Origin: Candidatus Berkelbacteria bacterium
Lineage (GTDB): Bacteria > Patescibacteriota > UBA1384 > JACPKC01
NCBI GenBank assembly: GCA_016187225.1
Contig: JACPKC010000010.1
Location: forward strand, 156,590-220,589
Direction of reading: 5' to 3'
DNA: 64,000 bases
This document shows positions 38,022 through 46,735 of this stretch, piece by piece. Both the position numbers and the translations under genes were made by a program. The notes beneath the pieces are model-generated. The model saw nothing but the letters and a program-made list of their open reading frames with translations, had not been told where the DNA came from and did no database searches. The stretch's first letter is position 1; every line of letters begins with the position of its first letter.

Positions 38022-39130
38022 ATTTGAACCTTAGATACAAAAGACCCATCGGCAACTCGGGTCCGTATTACACTTCCTGCCAGGGCTAGAGTGGCGCTTC
38101 GAATTACTCTGCCTGATGTCTCATTGGTAGTCACCGAATAACCACGTTTCAAAACGCTTTGAGGGTTAACAGCTATTAAAATTCTCTCATACCCTTCAAG
38201 CACCACGCGAGCAGTTTGGATAGGCCTTCTTAGAATGGCAAAAGTTGAACGCAAAAATATTTGTTTTGATTCAAGTTTTTGTTGGAACAATTGTTTGATT
38301 CGTATACCAGAATGGCTGATTTCGGCTTGGAGTGTCATTCGATCCGGCACAGCTAATTGAGCGGTGTTGCTTGGCGTCGCGGCCCGGGCATCAGCCACTA
38401 ATTCGGCGATTGTGACATCTCGCTCGTGCCCAATTGCGGCGATGATTGGAATTCGGCTGGAAAAGATTACCCGCGCCAAGCGTTCATCGTTGAATGCTTG
38501 TAAATCCTCAAGAGATCCTCCGCCTCGGGTTAAGATAAGCGTATCGACCGGATGGTGGGTATTGAAATAATTAATTGCATTCAAGATTTCGTCTACAGTC
38601 GTAGTGCCTTGCACTTTTACCGGAAATAAATAAAGCCGAAAGCCTCCCCAACGTTCGCGCAAAATTCGTCGCACGTCGCCGAGCGCCGCTCCTTGACTTG
38701 AGGTAATGAGACCGATTGAGTCGGGAAAGCGCGGTATGATCTGTTTATGTTTTTGCGCAAACAAACCTTCTGCCTCAAGTTTTTTCATAAGTAGCAAATA
38801 AGCGCGATGCAAAGCGCCCGAACCAACAGGTTCGATCGCCAAGACATTAAAAGAATATTTACCGTAGGGGAGATAGATTCTGGGAATACCCAGAATTCGC
38901 ACTTCCATCCCATCTTCGATCACAGTGCCAATGCGAGTTCGATGAGCGAAGCAACTCAAAACACTAGTTCCGTCCTTGAGATCAAAACCCACCCAGGCGT
39001 TGGCTCGGAGCGTGTACCCGTTAACCTCGCCCCTTACTAAGGCTTCGCCGATTTGTTCCGTTAGCAGATTATTCACCAGTAAGTTAAATTCACTAACGGT
39101 GTAACACGGAATACTAATTTTCGAGCTCAC
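38018..39130 (-). CDS. xseA: Exodeoxyribonuclease VII large subunit
   Basis: VRGEV, F.LKD, ITS..GAA..D, RGGGSLEDL..FNDE, IGHE.D, A.TPS, L.RGYS. Confidence 0.95.
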   Translation of the reverse strand: MSSKISIPCYTVSEFNLLVNNLLTEQIGEALVRGEVNGYTLRANAWVGFDLKDGTSVLSCFAHRTRIGTVIEDGMEVRILGIPRIYLPYGKYSFNVLAIEPVGSGALHRAYLLLMKKLEAEGLFAQKHKQIIPRFPDSIGLITSSQGAALGDVRRILRERWGGFRLYLFPVKVQGTTTVDEILNAINYFNTHHPVDTLILTRGGGSLEDLQAFNDERLARVIFSSRIPIIAAIGHERDVTIAELVADARAATPSNTAQLAVPDRMTLQAEISHSGIRIKQLFQQKLESKQIFLRSTFAILRRPIQTARVVLEGYERILIAVNPQSVLKRGYSVTTNETSGRVIRSATLALAGSVIRTRVADGSFVSKVQI

Positions 39131-39557
39131 GGCTTACCTCTCGGATGCGTTTTAAAATAGGCTTCAGAGTTTTATATGAAATTATTTGCTCAAGTTCAGT
39201 GGGAGTTGCCCATCTAAGATCTAAGATTCTCTCTTTGATTTGTGGTTTTGGCTCGGTTCCTATCAGTGTTTCAAAAAGAAAATGGTCGATGAATTTATGC
39301 ACATTTTCTCCGGGCTGTTCAAAGCGATCGTGGAACCAAAATTCGCTTGTTCCTAGAGAACGAATCAGAATGAGATCATCTAAGCCAACTTCCTCACGAG
39401 TTTCGCGTCGTGCCGCTTGGATAGGTGTTTCGTTAGGTTCAATACGTCCTTTTGGGAATGCCCAACCTCCATGAGAATCCTGAATCACAAGAATTTCGAT
39501 GCCACGTTTAGGATTACGACGCACGACAATACCGCCGGCAGATCGTTCAATGCGCAT
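39114..39557 (-). CDS. NUDIX hydrolase (Ap4A hydrolase-like)
   Basis: PKGRIEPNETPIQAARRETREEVG Nudix box. Confidence 0.9.
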   Translation of the reverse strand: MRIERSAGGIVVRRNPKRGIEILVIQDSHGGWAFPKGRIEPNETPIQAARRETREEVGLDDLILIRSLGTSEFWFHDRFEQPGENVHKFIDHFLFETLIGTEPKPQIKERILDLRWATPTELEQIISYKTLKPILKRIREVSRELEN

Positions 39558-40686
39558 TGCGAACTTCTTGCACCGCCGATTCTAGCACTCCAACCGTTGT
39601 TAGGGCGGCACGTTCCCAACTGAATTGCTTTGCTCGTTCCAGACCTTTGGACTGTAATGATTTTTGTACATATTGACGTTTTAGAAGCGGGAGGATGCCC
39701 TCGGCGATTGCTTCAGCACGTGTATGATTGACGAGAATTCCAGCTGGCCCTACGATTTCAGGCATCGATGAGATGTTGCTCGCGACAACTGGTATACCCG
39801 AAGCCATGGCTTCGACAATCGGTAAACCGAAACCTTCGAAACCCGAAACAAAAACTAAACAACTGGCGAATCGAAGCCAAGTCGCGTGTGCCTGATCGCT
39901 TAAGTAGCCGAGGAGATGAATGTCGTCACGCGTATTTTGAGGTAGCTCTTTGAGAACTTGTTCAATTTCGGCATAACCATATTGACCAGGTGTGCCAGCG
40001 ATGACTAAATGATGTGGCATCTGGTATTTTTCTTTTAGAATCCGAAAAGCACGCAGGAGTTGGACTGTGTTTTTTTTGGCCTCAAGCCGGCCGATTGAAT
40101 ATAGATAAGGCATGTATTCATGGATGCGCAAAGAGGGCTTGCTGAGTGGATCGACTGGGTGGAAAATCTCGCGATCAACACCATGATGGATTACATGAAT
40201 TTTACTCGCTGGAAATTGAGTATAATGAAGAATATCGCGTTTAGTGGCGGCTGAAAAAGTTATAATCCTGGTCGAGGCGCGCAGAGCTTGAGTAAGACCA
40301 AACTCCTGGTAGACACGCTCGAGTCGACTGTAGTACTCGGGGAAGCGTTTAAATCCCAGGTCGTGAATTGTACTTACGGTTGGCGTTGGATGAATGAGTG
40401 GAACAGTGTGGGAGGGAATAAAAAGAACATCAGTGTGACAGTGCATTAGAAATTCCGCGCTTAATCGCACATGTGTCCACAATTTGGGGAATGGAATAAT
40501 GCGCCAGTCAACTTGCGCGTTGGCGGTTTTAAGCGGTTTCGTACTCAATGCCGGCGCGTAAATTGTATAACGGTGATGCGGCGCCACCCTAAACATTTGC
40601 TCGAAAATCTGGTGCGAGTAATGTTCCGTGCCAGTGTAGTGCGCTTTTGCAATTCGTGAGCCGTCGAGGCCGATATGTAGATTCAT
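39547..40686 (-). CDS. Glycosyltransferase family 4
   Basis: TIHDL, GRLE.KKN, EGFGLPIVEAMASG.PV. Confidence 0.92.
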   Translation of the reverse strand: MNLHIGLDGSRIAKAHYTGTEHYSHQIFEQMFRVAPHHRYTIYAPALSTKPLKTANAQVDWRIIPFPKLWTHVRLSAEFLMHCHTDVLFIPSHTVPLIHPTPTVSTIHDLGFKRFPEYYSRLERVYQEFGLTQALRASTRIITFSAATKRDILHYTQFPASKIHVIHHGVDREIFHPVDPLSKPSLRIHEYMPYLYSIGRLEAKKNTVQLLRAFRILKEKYQMPHHLVIAGTPGQYGYAEIEQVLKELPQNTRDDIHLLGYLSDQAHATWLRFASCLVFVSGFEGFGLPIVEAMASGIPVVASNISSMPEIVGPAGILVNHTRAEAIAEGILPLLKRQYVQKSLQSKGLERAKQFSWERAALTTVGVLESAVQEVRNAH

Positions 40687-40698
40687 ACTTATCTTTCT

Positions 40699-41715
40699 CT
40701 AACTTTTTGCCCAGAGAACAGAGCGCTTGTATGCTTCCAGATGCTCAACAGCCATCCCTGCTCCTTTGACTACGCAAAGCATTGGCTCTTCAGCAAGTTG
40801 GCATGGCACGCCGGTGACTTTAGTAAACAAATCATCAATTTGAGTTAAAAGCGCTCCGCCACCGGTTAAGACGATCCCTTTATCCATCACATCCGAGGCA
40901 AGTTCGGGCGGTGTATGCTGGAGTACGTCCTTCACGGTTGCAATAATTTCGCTAATCGGTTCTTTAACTGCTAAAACTGTATCATTCGTCGTAACGATCA
41001 CACTTTCAGGTAAACCTGTAACGGCATTTGAGCCAGAGACCTCCATCGTTAATTCTTTTTTAGGCGTGATAGCCGCTCCAATCTGTATTTTGACTCCTTC
41101 AGCGGTTTGATCGCCGATGATTAAATTATATTTCTTACGAATATAGCCTGCAATTGCTTGATCGATCTTATTCCCGCCAACGCGTACTGAAGATGAGGCG
41201 ACAATATCGCCCAAAGAGATTACCGCTACTTCAGAGGTGCCACCACCAATATCTATCACCATGTGCCCGCTGGGTGATGCAATCGGAATGCCGGCGCCAA
41301 GCGCCGCGGCTACCGGAGATTTAATAATGTAAGCTGACTTGGCGCCGGAGGCAATGCAGGCATCGATTACAGCGCGGCGTTCGGTACTAGTCGCCCCAGC
41401 CGGCGCCGCGATCATAATTTCAGGGCGAAAAAAGCGTACACGTCCGCCCAGACGATTTACAAAGTAGCGTAACATCGCTTGAGTTACACGGTAATTTGCA
41501 ATCACACCATCTTTTAGTGGATGCACTGCGATAATACTTTCAGGGGTGCGGCCGAGCATTGCCCGTGCTTCTTGACCAATAGCCATGACCTGATTGGTTG
41601 CCGCATCAACGGCAACTACTGCAGGTTCATTGATAACAATGCCCTGACCCGGCACATGAACTAAAACATTTGTTGTTCCTAAATCAATTGCCAGACGGCG
41701 TAAAAAAAACGGCAT
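40699..41715 (-). CDS. mreB: Rod shape-determining protein MreB
   Basis: AIDLGTTN, PLKDGVIA, DIGGGTSE, TPPELASD, LTGGGALL; start taken at MPFF. Confidence 0.95.
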   Translation of the reverse strand: MPFFLRRLAIDLGTTNVLVHVPGQGIVINEPAVVAVDAATNQVMAIGQEARAMLGRTPESIIAVHPLKDGVIANYRVTQAMLRYFVNRLGGRVRFFRPEIMIAAPAGATSTERRAVIDACIASGAKSAYIIKSPVAAALGAGIPIASPSGHMVIDIGGGTSEVAVISLGDIVASSSVRVGGNKIDQAIAGYIRKKYNLIIGDQTAEGVKIQIGAAITPKKELTMEVSGSNAVTGLPESVIVTTNDTVLAVKEPISEIIATVKDVLQHTPPELASDVMDKGIVLTGGGALLTQIDDLFTKVTGVPCQLAEEPMLCVVKGAGMAVEHLEAYKRSVLWAKS

Positions 41716-41719
41716 AGCA

Positions 41720-43015
41720 TTAACTTTTCTGTCGGCGGATATTTGCTCCAAGTGCAATTAATTTCCCTGACAGATTTTCGTAGCCGCGATCCAAGTGCTC
41801 CACCCCAGTTAGCCTTGACTTGCCGGACGCAATTAAAGCGGCGATCACGTGTGCCATTCCAGCTCGAATGTCAGGCATTATTACTTCAGCGCCGCGAAGT
41901 TGAATCGGTCCGTTCAGGTAAGCAACGTGAGGAAAATTTTTGTCTGCAAAACGGCATGACTGTTCGGGTGGACACTGAGTGTGAATTTCAACCTCAACGC
42001 CCATAGTCTTAAAACTGGCTAAATAGCCGAATCGGTTATCGTAGACCGTTTCATGAATTATTGATTTCCCCTTTGCGGTAAGTAAGATCATTGTTGAGGG
42101 TTGTTGCCAATCTGTCATAAAACCCGGATGGACATTGGTTGTAATATGAGTGGCTTTAAGTTCCCCATCGGCTTGGAAAAGGATTCCTTTAGCAGTCGTT
42201 TGGGACACACCGCCTATACATTTCACGAACGTTAGAAATTTGTCGAGTACAGCTAGGTGAGCATCTTCAATTAAAACACTGCCGCGAGTGGCGAGAGCGG
42301 CGGCGGCGTATGAGACGGCCTCAATTCGATCCGGCATCACTTTTTGCGCAGCGCCACTTAATTTGCTTTTGCCGAGGATTATCCAGGTCCGGTCATGACG
42401 TTCAATGCGTACCCCAAGACTTCGCAAGAACTTTGCAAGCTCTAAGAGTTCTGGTTCGGTCGCGCCATTTTGAATTCGAGTTTCCTCGGGAATGCGACTT
42501 GCAGTGAGTAGAATTGATTCTGTCGCACCCACACTCGGGTAAGGCAAAATAATTTTTGTGCCACGAAGAGTGTTTGCTTGAATGTCTACGTAGTCACTAA
42601 ACTGAAAAATTTGCGCGCCAAAGTTCTTAAGCGCTGAAAGATGGAAATTAATCGGTCGATTTCCAATGCGATCACCGCTAGGCAGGGGGACGAGCGCTCG
42701 ACCATCGCGATGCAAGAGCGGCCCGACTGCTAAAATTGGTAACCTGTTTGTGCCACTTTGCCGCAAATCGTAGTTATGATGAGATGCAGATGTAACTTCA
42801 ATGCTATCGACTCCGCGCCAATCAACTCTCTTCCCTGCTCGTTCGAGAATATTAGTCGCGATCAAGGTTTCACCATGTCGAGGCATGTTTTCCAAGAGGC
42901 ATGTTTCATCAGTCAGAAGAGTTGCTAAAAGCAACTTACTGGCAAGATTCTTGGCACCTGAAAGTTTAATCGTCCCCATAAGAGGTCGACCACCAATGAT
43001 TTCATAGCTTTCCAT
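41720..43015 (-). CDS. murA: UDP-N-acetylglucosamine 1-carboxyvinyltransferase
   Basis: SGAKN, LPSGDRIGNRP, PSVGATE, PDRIEA, PGFMTDWQ, DIRAG, HLDRGYE. Confidence 0.95.
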   Translation of the reverse strand: MESYEIIGGRPLMGTIKLSGAKNLASKLLLATLLTDETCLLENMPRHGETLIATNILERAGKRVDWRGVDSIEVTSASHHNYDLRQSGTNRLPILAVGPLLHRDGRALVPLPSGDRIGNRPINFHLSALKNFGAQIFQFSDYVDIQANTLRGTKIILPYPSVGATESILLTASRIPEETRIQNGATEPELLELAKFLRSLGVRIERHDRTWIILGKSKLSGAAQKVMPDRIEAVSYAAAALATRGSVLIEDAHLAVLDKFLTFVKCIGGVSQTTAKGILFQADGELKATHITTNVHPGFMTDWQQPSTMILLTAKGKSIIHETVYDNRFGYLASFKTMGVEVEIHTQCPPEQSCRFADKNFPHVAYLNGPIQLRGAEVIMPDIRAGMAHVIAALIASGKSRLTGVEHLDRGYENLSGKLIALGANIRRQKS

Positions 43016-43045
43016 TAGTGAGAGCCTATCAGTATACTGTCTTCT

Positions 43046-43750
43046 ATGCTACAACTGCGTGGTCAGACGGGGTGGGATGTAACCGCTTTCATTCTTCAGA
43101 CTGTCCTCACGTTATTGACTGGAGGCATCTTGGTCGCCCAAGCAAATGGCTATGACATTGATTTTCGAACCCTTGCCGTTGAGAAGACAGGGCTTTTAGT
43201 GTTAGATGTTCAGCCAGCTTCTGCTCAGGTTTTTGTGGATGAACAAGAGCTTTTTGAACGGAATGGCGAACGTGTTCGCCAGCTTCTGCCGGGTCCGGTT
43301 AGGATCCAGGTCACAAATGCAGACTACATATCCTGGAATCATTTCGCGGTTATTGATTCGGGGCTGACAAAAGTTTTTTCTAAGGTGAGACTTTTTTTTA
43401 AAGAACCGCTCATAATTAGAACACGCTCGGTGACGAAAAACGAATTTTTATCTCCATTCATTGATTCATCTCTGCGTCTTGATCAGGGAGAAATTTGGCG
43501 AATTCAAGGTGAGACAGCGCGCCTTATTACTCGCCTGTCCAGACCAATTTTAAGCGCGACGATGCTCGATGAGGGCCACGTTGTTTTTCAAATTGAGCGA
43601 GAAATCCACATTCTTGATCTTGATGGCAGTAATGACATCAATCTTTTAACACTTGAATCTGATCGTGCGATACAACTAATTAGTCTGTATGGTGGCAATG
43701 TATTGGGCGTGCTTTCGGAAGGCATTTTAACTGAATATCAAATCAGTTAA
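43046..43750 (+). CDS. Membrane-anchored PEGA-domain protein
   Basis: TM then A.GY......KTGLL.....P..A.V.VD...L.PG...I.V....Y..W. Confidence 0.65.
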   Translation: MLQLRGQTGWDVTAFILQTVLTLLTGGILVAQANGYDIDFRTLAVEKTGLLVLDVQPASAQVFVDEQELFERNGERVRQLLPGPVRIQVTNADYISWNHFAVIDSGLTKVFSKVRLFFKEPLIIRTRSVTKNEFLSPFIDSSLRLDQGEIWRIQGETARLITRLSRPILSATMLDEGHVVFQIEREIHILDLDGSNDINLLTLESDRAIQLISLYGGNVLGVLSEGILTEYQIS

Positions 43751-44510
43751 TCAGATATATATCTGTGAGACTTGCATAAACTATTAGACGGTTCAAAGTT
43801 GTACCGACTGGCGTACATGTCATCAGAGCGAGTTGGTTTTGTGTCAGAGTTTCGTCCCGCACAACTCGAACTTCCGTTGGCCTTACAACCTCGCTCCCAG
43901 TGACACGATAACGATAGATTTTCTCGTCTTTGCGCACAAAAACTTCGTCACTTGGAGCAAGACGGTCCAGTACGCTAAATACTTTTGTCCAAGGATTACG
44001 ATTCCACCAGTATCCTGAAGAATGGCCAATGATAAATGTTCGTCCAATCTCCCCCGGCAGGACTGATTCACTCGTCTGGACGACACCTTTTTGTAAGCCG
44101 TTTAGTGACTCGACAAGCGGTATTTGCCACTCAATCGGCGCCCTTACTTCGATTGTCGGAATGAGGAGGGTATTATCTTCTAATGTTGGGATGATGTGAT
44201 CGACCGAATAATTTAAGAATGACGATGGGCTTAACCATTCGCTCCCTTCACTGTTTGTAGCTTGAACTAAATCTTTTACAACAAAACGCAAGCGTTCCAA
44301 CTGCGCCGGGCCAGATAGAACCAGGAAGACTATACTCGCAATTCCGACCCCATAAAGAAGTTGTTTAAAGCCATGAAAAAACAGCCGCTTGCGCCGGCTA
44401 CATTCAAAATGCCTCTGAACGTTTAGAGCCTCATTGAAGGTGATAAAACTTTGCATTTTTTGACTCAAAAACACCACACTATACCTGATATAATCTTCCA
44501 TGTCAATCAA
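43743..44510 (-). CDS. Sortase
   Basis: N-terminal TM; L.IP.I...API, GHSS (His), LMTCTP.GT...RL (Cys/Arg). Confidence 0.9.
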   Translation of the reverse strand: MIDMEDYIRYSVVFLSQKMQSFITFNEALNVQRHFECSRRKRLFFHGFKQLLYGVGIASIVFLVLSGPAQLERLRFVVKDLVQATNSEGSEWLSPSSFLNYSVDHIIPTLEDNTLLIPTIEVRAPIEWQIPLVESLNGLQKGVVQTSESVLPGEIGRTFIIGHSSGYWWNRNPWTKVFSVLDRLAPSDEVFVRKDEKIYRYRVTGSEVVRPTEVRVVRDETLTQNQLALMTCTPVGTTLNRLIVYASLTDIYLIN

Positions 44511-44708
44511 TAGGTATTATTCATTTTACACAGAGCACTTGACAGAGAGTGAGGATTTACGAGAAAAGAAAATATATCTAACTTGACAAGATCTACGGAC
44601 GTGCTAGTGTCAAACATACGAAGAAAACCGGCAAAAAAGTCTGAATTCTACTTACGAACGTTGAGAGATTAAAACAAATCAACAAATAAGCAAGTTTGGG
44701 AGGTAGGC

Positions 44709-45689
44709 ATGAGGCAAGACGCAACTAGAGCGATTGAACCGCACCAAGGTATCAGAGAACTCATGCGTGGTCTAGCTGTCACGTTTTACATTGCCTCATT
44801 AGTCTTATCACCGGTATCGGCCTTAGCGCTCGAAGGTGATCTGGCGAACACAGAAACTGGCTCCAACTCGACCAATGCAAATGACATTGATCAGGACACA
44901 ACGATTTCATTCAATATTCGCAATGAGGGCGATGCAGATACTGATTTGGATTTTAATTTTAATACTGGCGGCAATACAGTGGTTGATAATACGACCGTCG
45001 GCGATATAACTACCGGTGACATCGAAGTTGAGGCCGAAGTTGAAACGGAGATCAATACCCAGCAAGTCGATCTATCAGAATTAGTTGAGGAATTAAATCA
45101 CCTCGGTGAAGTGAATATCGCATCAACTAACGAACAAACCGGCGCCTCAAGTACCAATGTCAATACAACATCGACAACTAACACAGTCAGCGTAGCTGAA
45201 ACGAACACAGCCAATTCTACAACCAATGTGGTCCTAGCGCTTAACACTGGCGGCAATACAGTTAGTCATAATACGACCGTTGGAGATATAACTACCGGCA
45301 ATATTATTGCCTCTTTGACAGTTAGTAATCGTCTCAATGTTCCCAGTGAAGAACCATCCGTATCGTCAGCAACTCCCACTGGCGGTGGCATGATGCCGAC
45401 AACATCTCCTGCCTCTTCTTCTGCTCCTTCTCAAATCCAGCCAATAACCAGCTCAAACTTACCCGCGGCATTGCCTCAAATTGCTCAAGCCGCCCCAGTT
45501 TCATCTCAAAAGCAATTAGCCACCGAACGTCAAGAATTTTTTCCAGCAGGCGCAAGCGGATCATTGTTGACACTCTTGTTACTTGCGAGTTTTGCTTTAA
45601 TTTCTGTTTATGCGCCCGAACTCATTAACCTCATGGCGCGCCAGAAACATTTTTTGCATCGCTTAAGCGCTGTCTTGCCACTCCTCTAA
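44709..45689 (+). CDS. Secreted beta-repeat protein with C-terminal sorting-signal-like anchor
   Basis: Signal peptide; two N..TG..S.N...TGGN...NTTVGDITTG repeats; S/P/T linker; FPAGA, TM, basic tail. Confidence 0.8.
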   Translation: MRQDATRAIEPHQGIRELMRGLAVTFYIASLVLSPVSALALEGDLANTETGSNSTNANDIDQDTTISFNIRNEGDADTDLDFNFNTGGNTVVDNTTVGDITTGDIEVEAEVETEINTQQVDLSELVEELNHLGEVNIASTNEQTGASSTNVNTTSTTNTVSVAETNTANSTTNVVLALNTGGNTVSHNTTVGDITTGNIIASLTVSNRLNVPSEEPSVSSATPTGGGMMPTTSPASSSAPSQIQPITSSNLPAALPQIAQAAPVSSQKQLATERQEFFPAGASGSLLTLLLLASFALISVYAPELINLMARQKHFLHRLSAVLPLL

Positions 45690-45786
45690 TATCTTTGAGG
45701 TCGATACTTTTTCGCTCTCGTATGCGGCGCAAAAGTCATAAACAAGCATACTCCTACAAGTTAAAATATATGGGAAAGGAGTTTTT

Positions 45787-46656
45787 ATGAAACTCAATCT
45801 CATTTCCGCACGTAACCGCATGCGGGTAATGGCTGCAGTTGCGGCAGTTGCCCTCATGAGTGGTGCTGGTTCAGCCTGGGCAGACGTTGACCTAAGCGCT
45901 GGCAACGACATCACAGGACCAGATTCGGTTAATCGCAACGACTTCGACATCACTGACGATCTCGATTTAGATATCGACAATGATGCTGACGCTGACAACG
46001 ACATCGATCTCGATGCCGACAGTGGCGATAACACCATCGATAGCAACACCACGGTTGGTGATTTCGAGGGTGGCGATATTGAAGTTGAAGGCGAATTTGT
46101 GACCGAGCTCAACACGGGTGAAGTTATGCTTGGGGATATGGAACTCGGTGATGTTGATGCTGATTTCAGCAACGATACCACCGGTCCTAACTCCGACAAC
46201 CGCAATACACTCGATATCGATCGCACTGCTGATATTGATGTCGATAATGATGCCGACATCGACAACGACTTTGACGTTGATGTTGATACCGGTGGCAACG
46301 ACATTACTAACAACACAACGGTTGGTGATATCGAAACCGGTGACTTTGAGATGGAACTAACCGTCGAGAACACCGCGAATATGGGTGCGTCACAGGTGAC
46401 GTTGCCAAGTATGGGCGACCAGGATGTCGATGCTGATTTCAGCAACGATACCACCGGCCCTAACTCTGTTAATCGCAACACGCTCGATGTGGACAACACA
46501 TTGAATGTTGATGTCGATAACGATGCCGATGTTGACAATGACCTAGATGTTGATGTCGACAGCGGTGATAACACCGTTGATTCGAACACAACTGTTGGTG
46601 ATATTACAACCGGCGACGTGTCAATTAACTTCAGCTTCACCAATATTTTGAACTAA
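45787..46656 (+). CDS. Secreted hyper-acidic triple beta-repeat protein (putative major fibre subunit)
   Basis: SD AAGGAG; signal peptide ending AWA; three ~90-aa repeats also visible in the DNA (46149 vs 46422); no C-terminal anchor. Confidence 0.85.
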   Translation: MKLNLISARNRMRVMAAVAAVALMSGAGSAWADVDLSAGNDITGPDSVNRNDFDITDDLDLDIDNDADADNDIDLDADSGDNTIDSNTTVGDFEGGDIEVEGEFVTELNTGEVMLGDMELGDVDADFSNDTTGPNSDNRNTLDIDRTADIDVDNDADIDNDFDVDVDTGGNDITNNTTVGDIETGDFEMELTVENTANMGASQVTLPSMGDQDVDADFSNDTTGPNSVNRNTLDVDNTLNVDVDNDADVDNDLDVDVDSGDNTVDSNTTVGDITTGDVSINFSFTNILN

Positions 46657-46667
46657 AATAAAGGAAG

Positions 46668-46722
46668 TTCGAAGTTTGTGTAGGCTCGAGGAAGTTGCTT
46701 CCTCGGCCTCACAAATATCGAA
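46668..46722 (+). other. Long intercistronic stem-loop after the acidic-repeat gene
   Basis: TTCGA..TTTGTG.AGGC.CGAGGAAG-TTG-CTTCCTCG-GCCT-CACAAA..TCGAA. Confidence 0.65.
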
Positions 46723-46735
46723 GCGGGGAGAATAT

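Noticed and set aside
45663-46643. 326-aa Ser-rich minus-strand ORF, and similar antisense ORFs at 47047-48345
   Set aside because: Shadow frame of the GAC/GAT/AAC-rich repeat genes. The plus strand has the SD, signal peptides and operon context.
45883-46650. CRISPR array or mobile repeat
   Set aside because: The ~270-bp periodic repeats are in-frame coding repeats with synonymous divergence. I saw no short identical repeats with unique spacers anywhere in the window.
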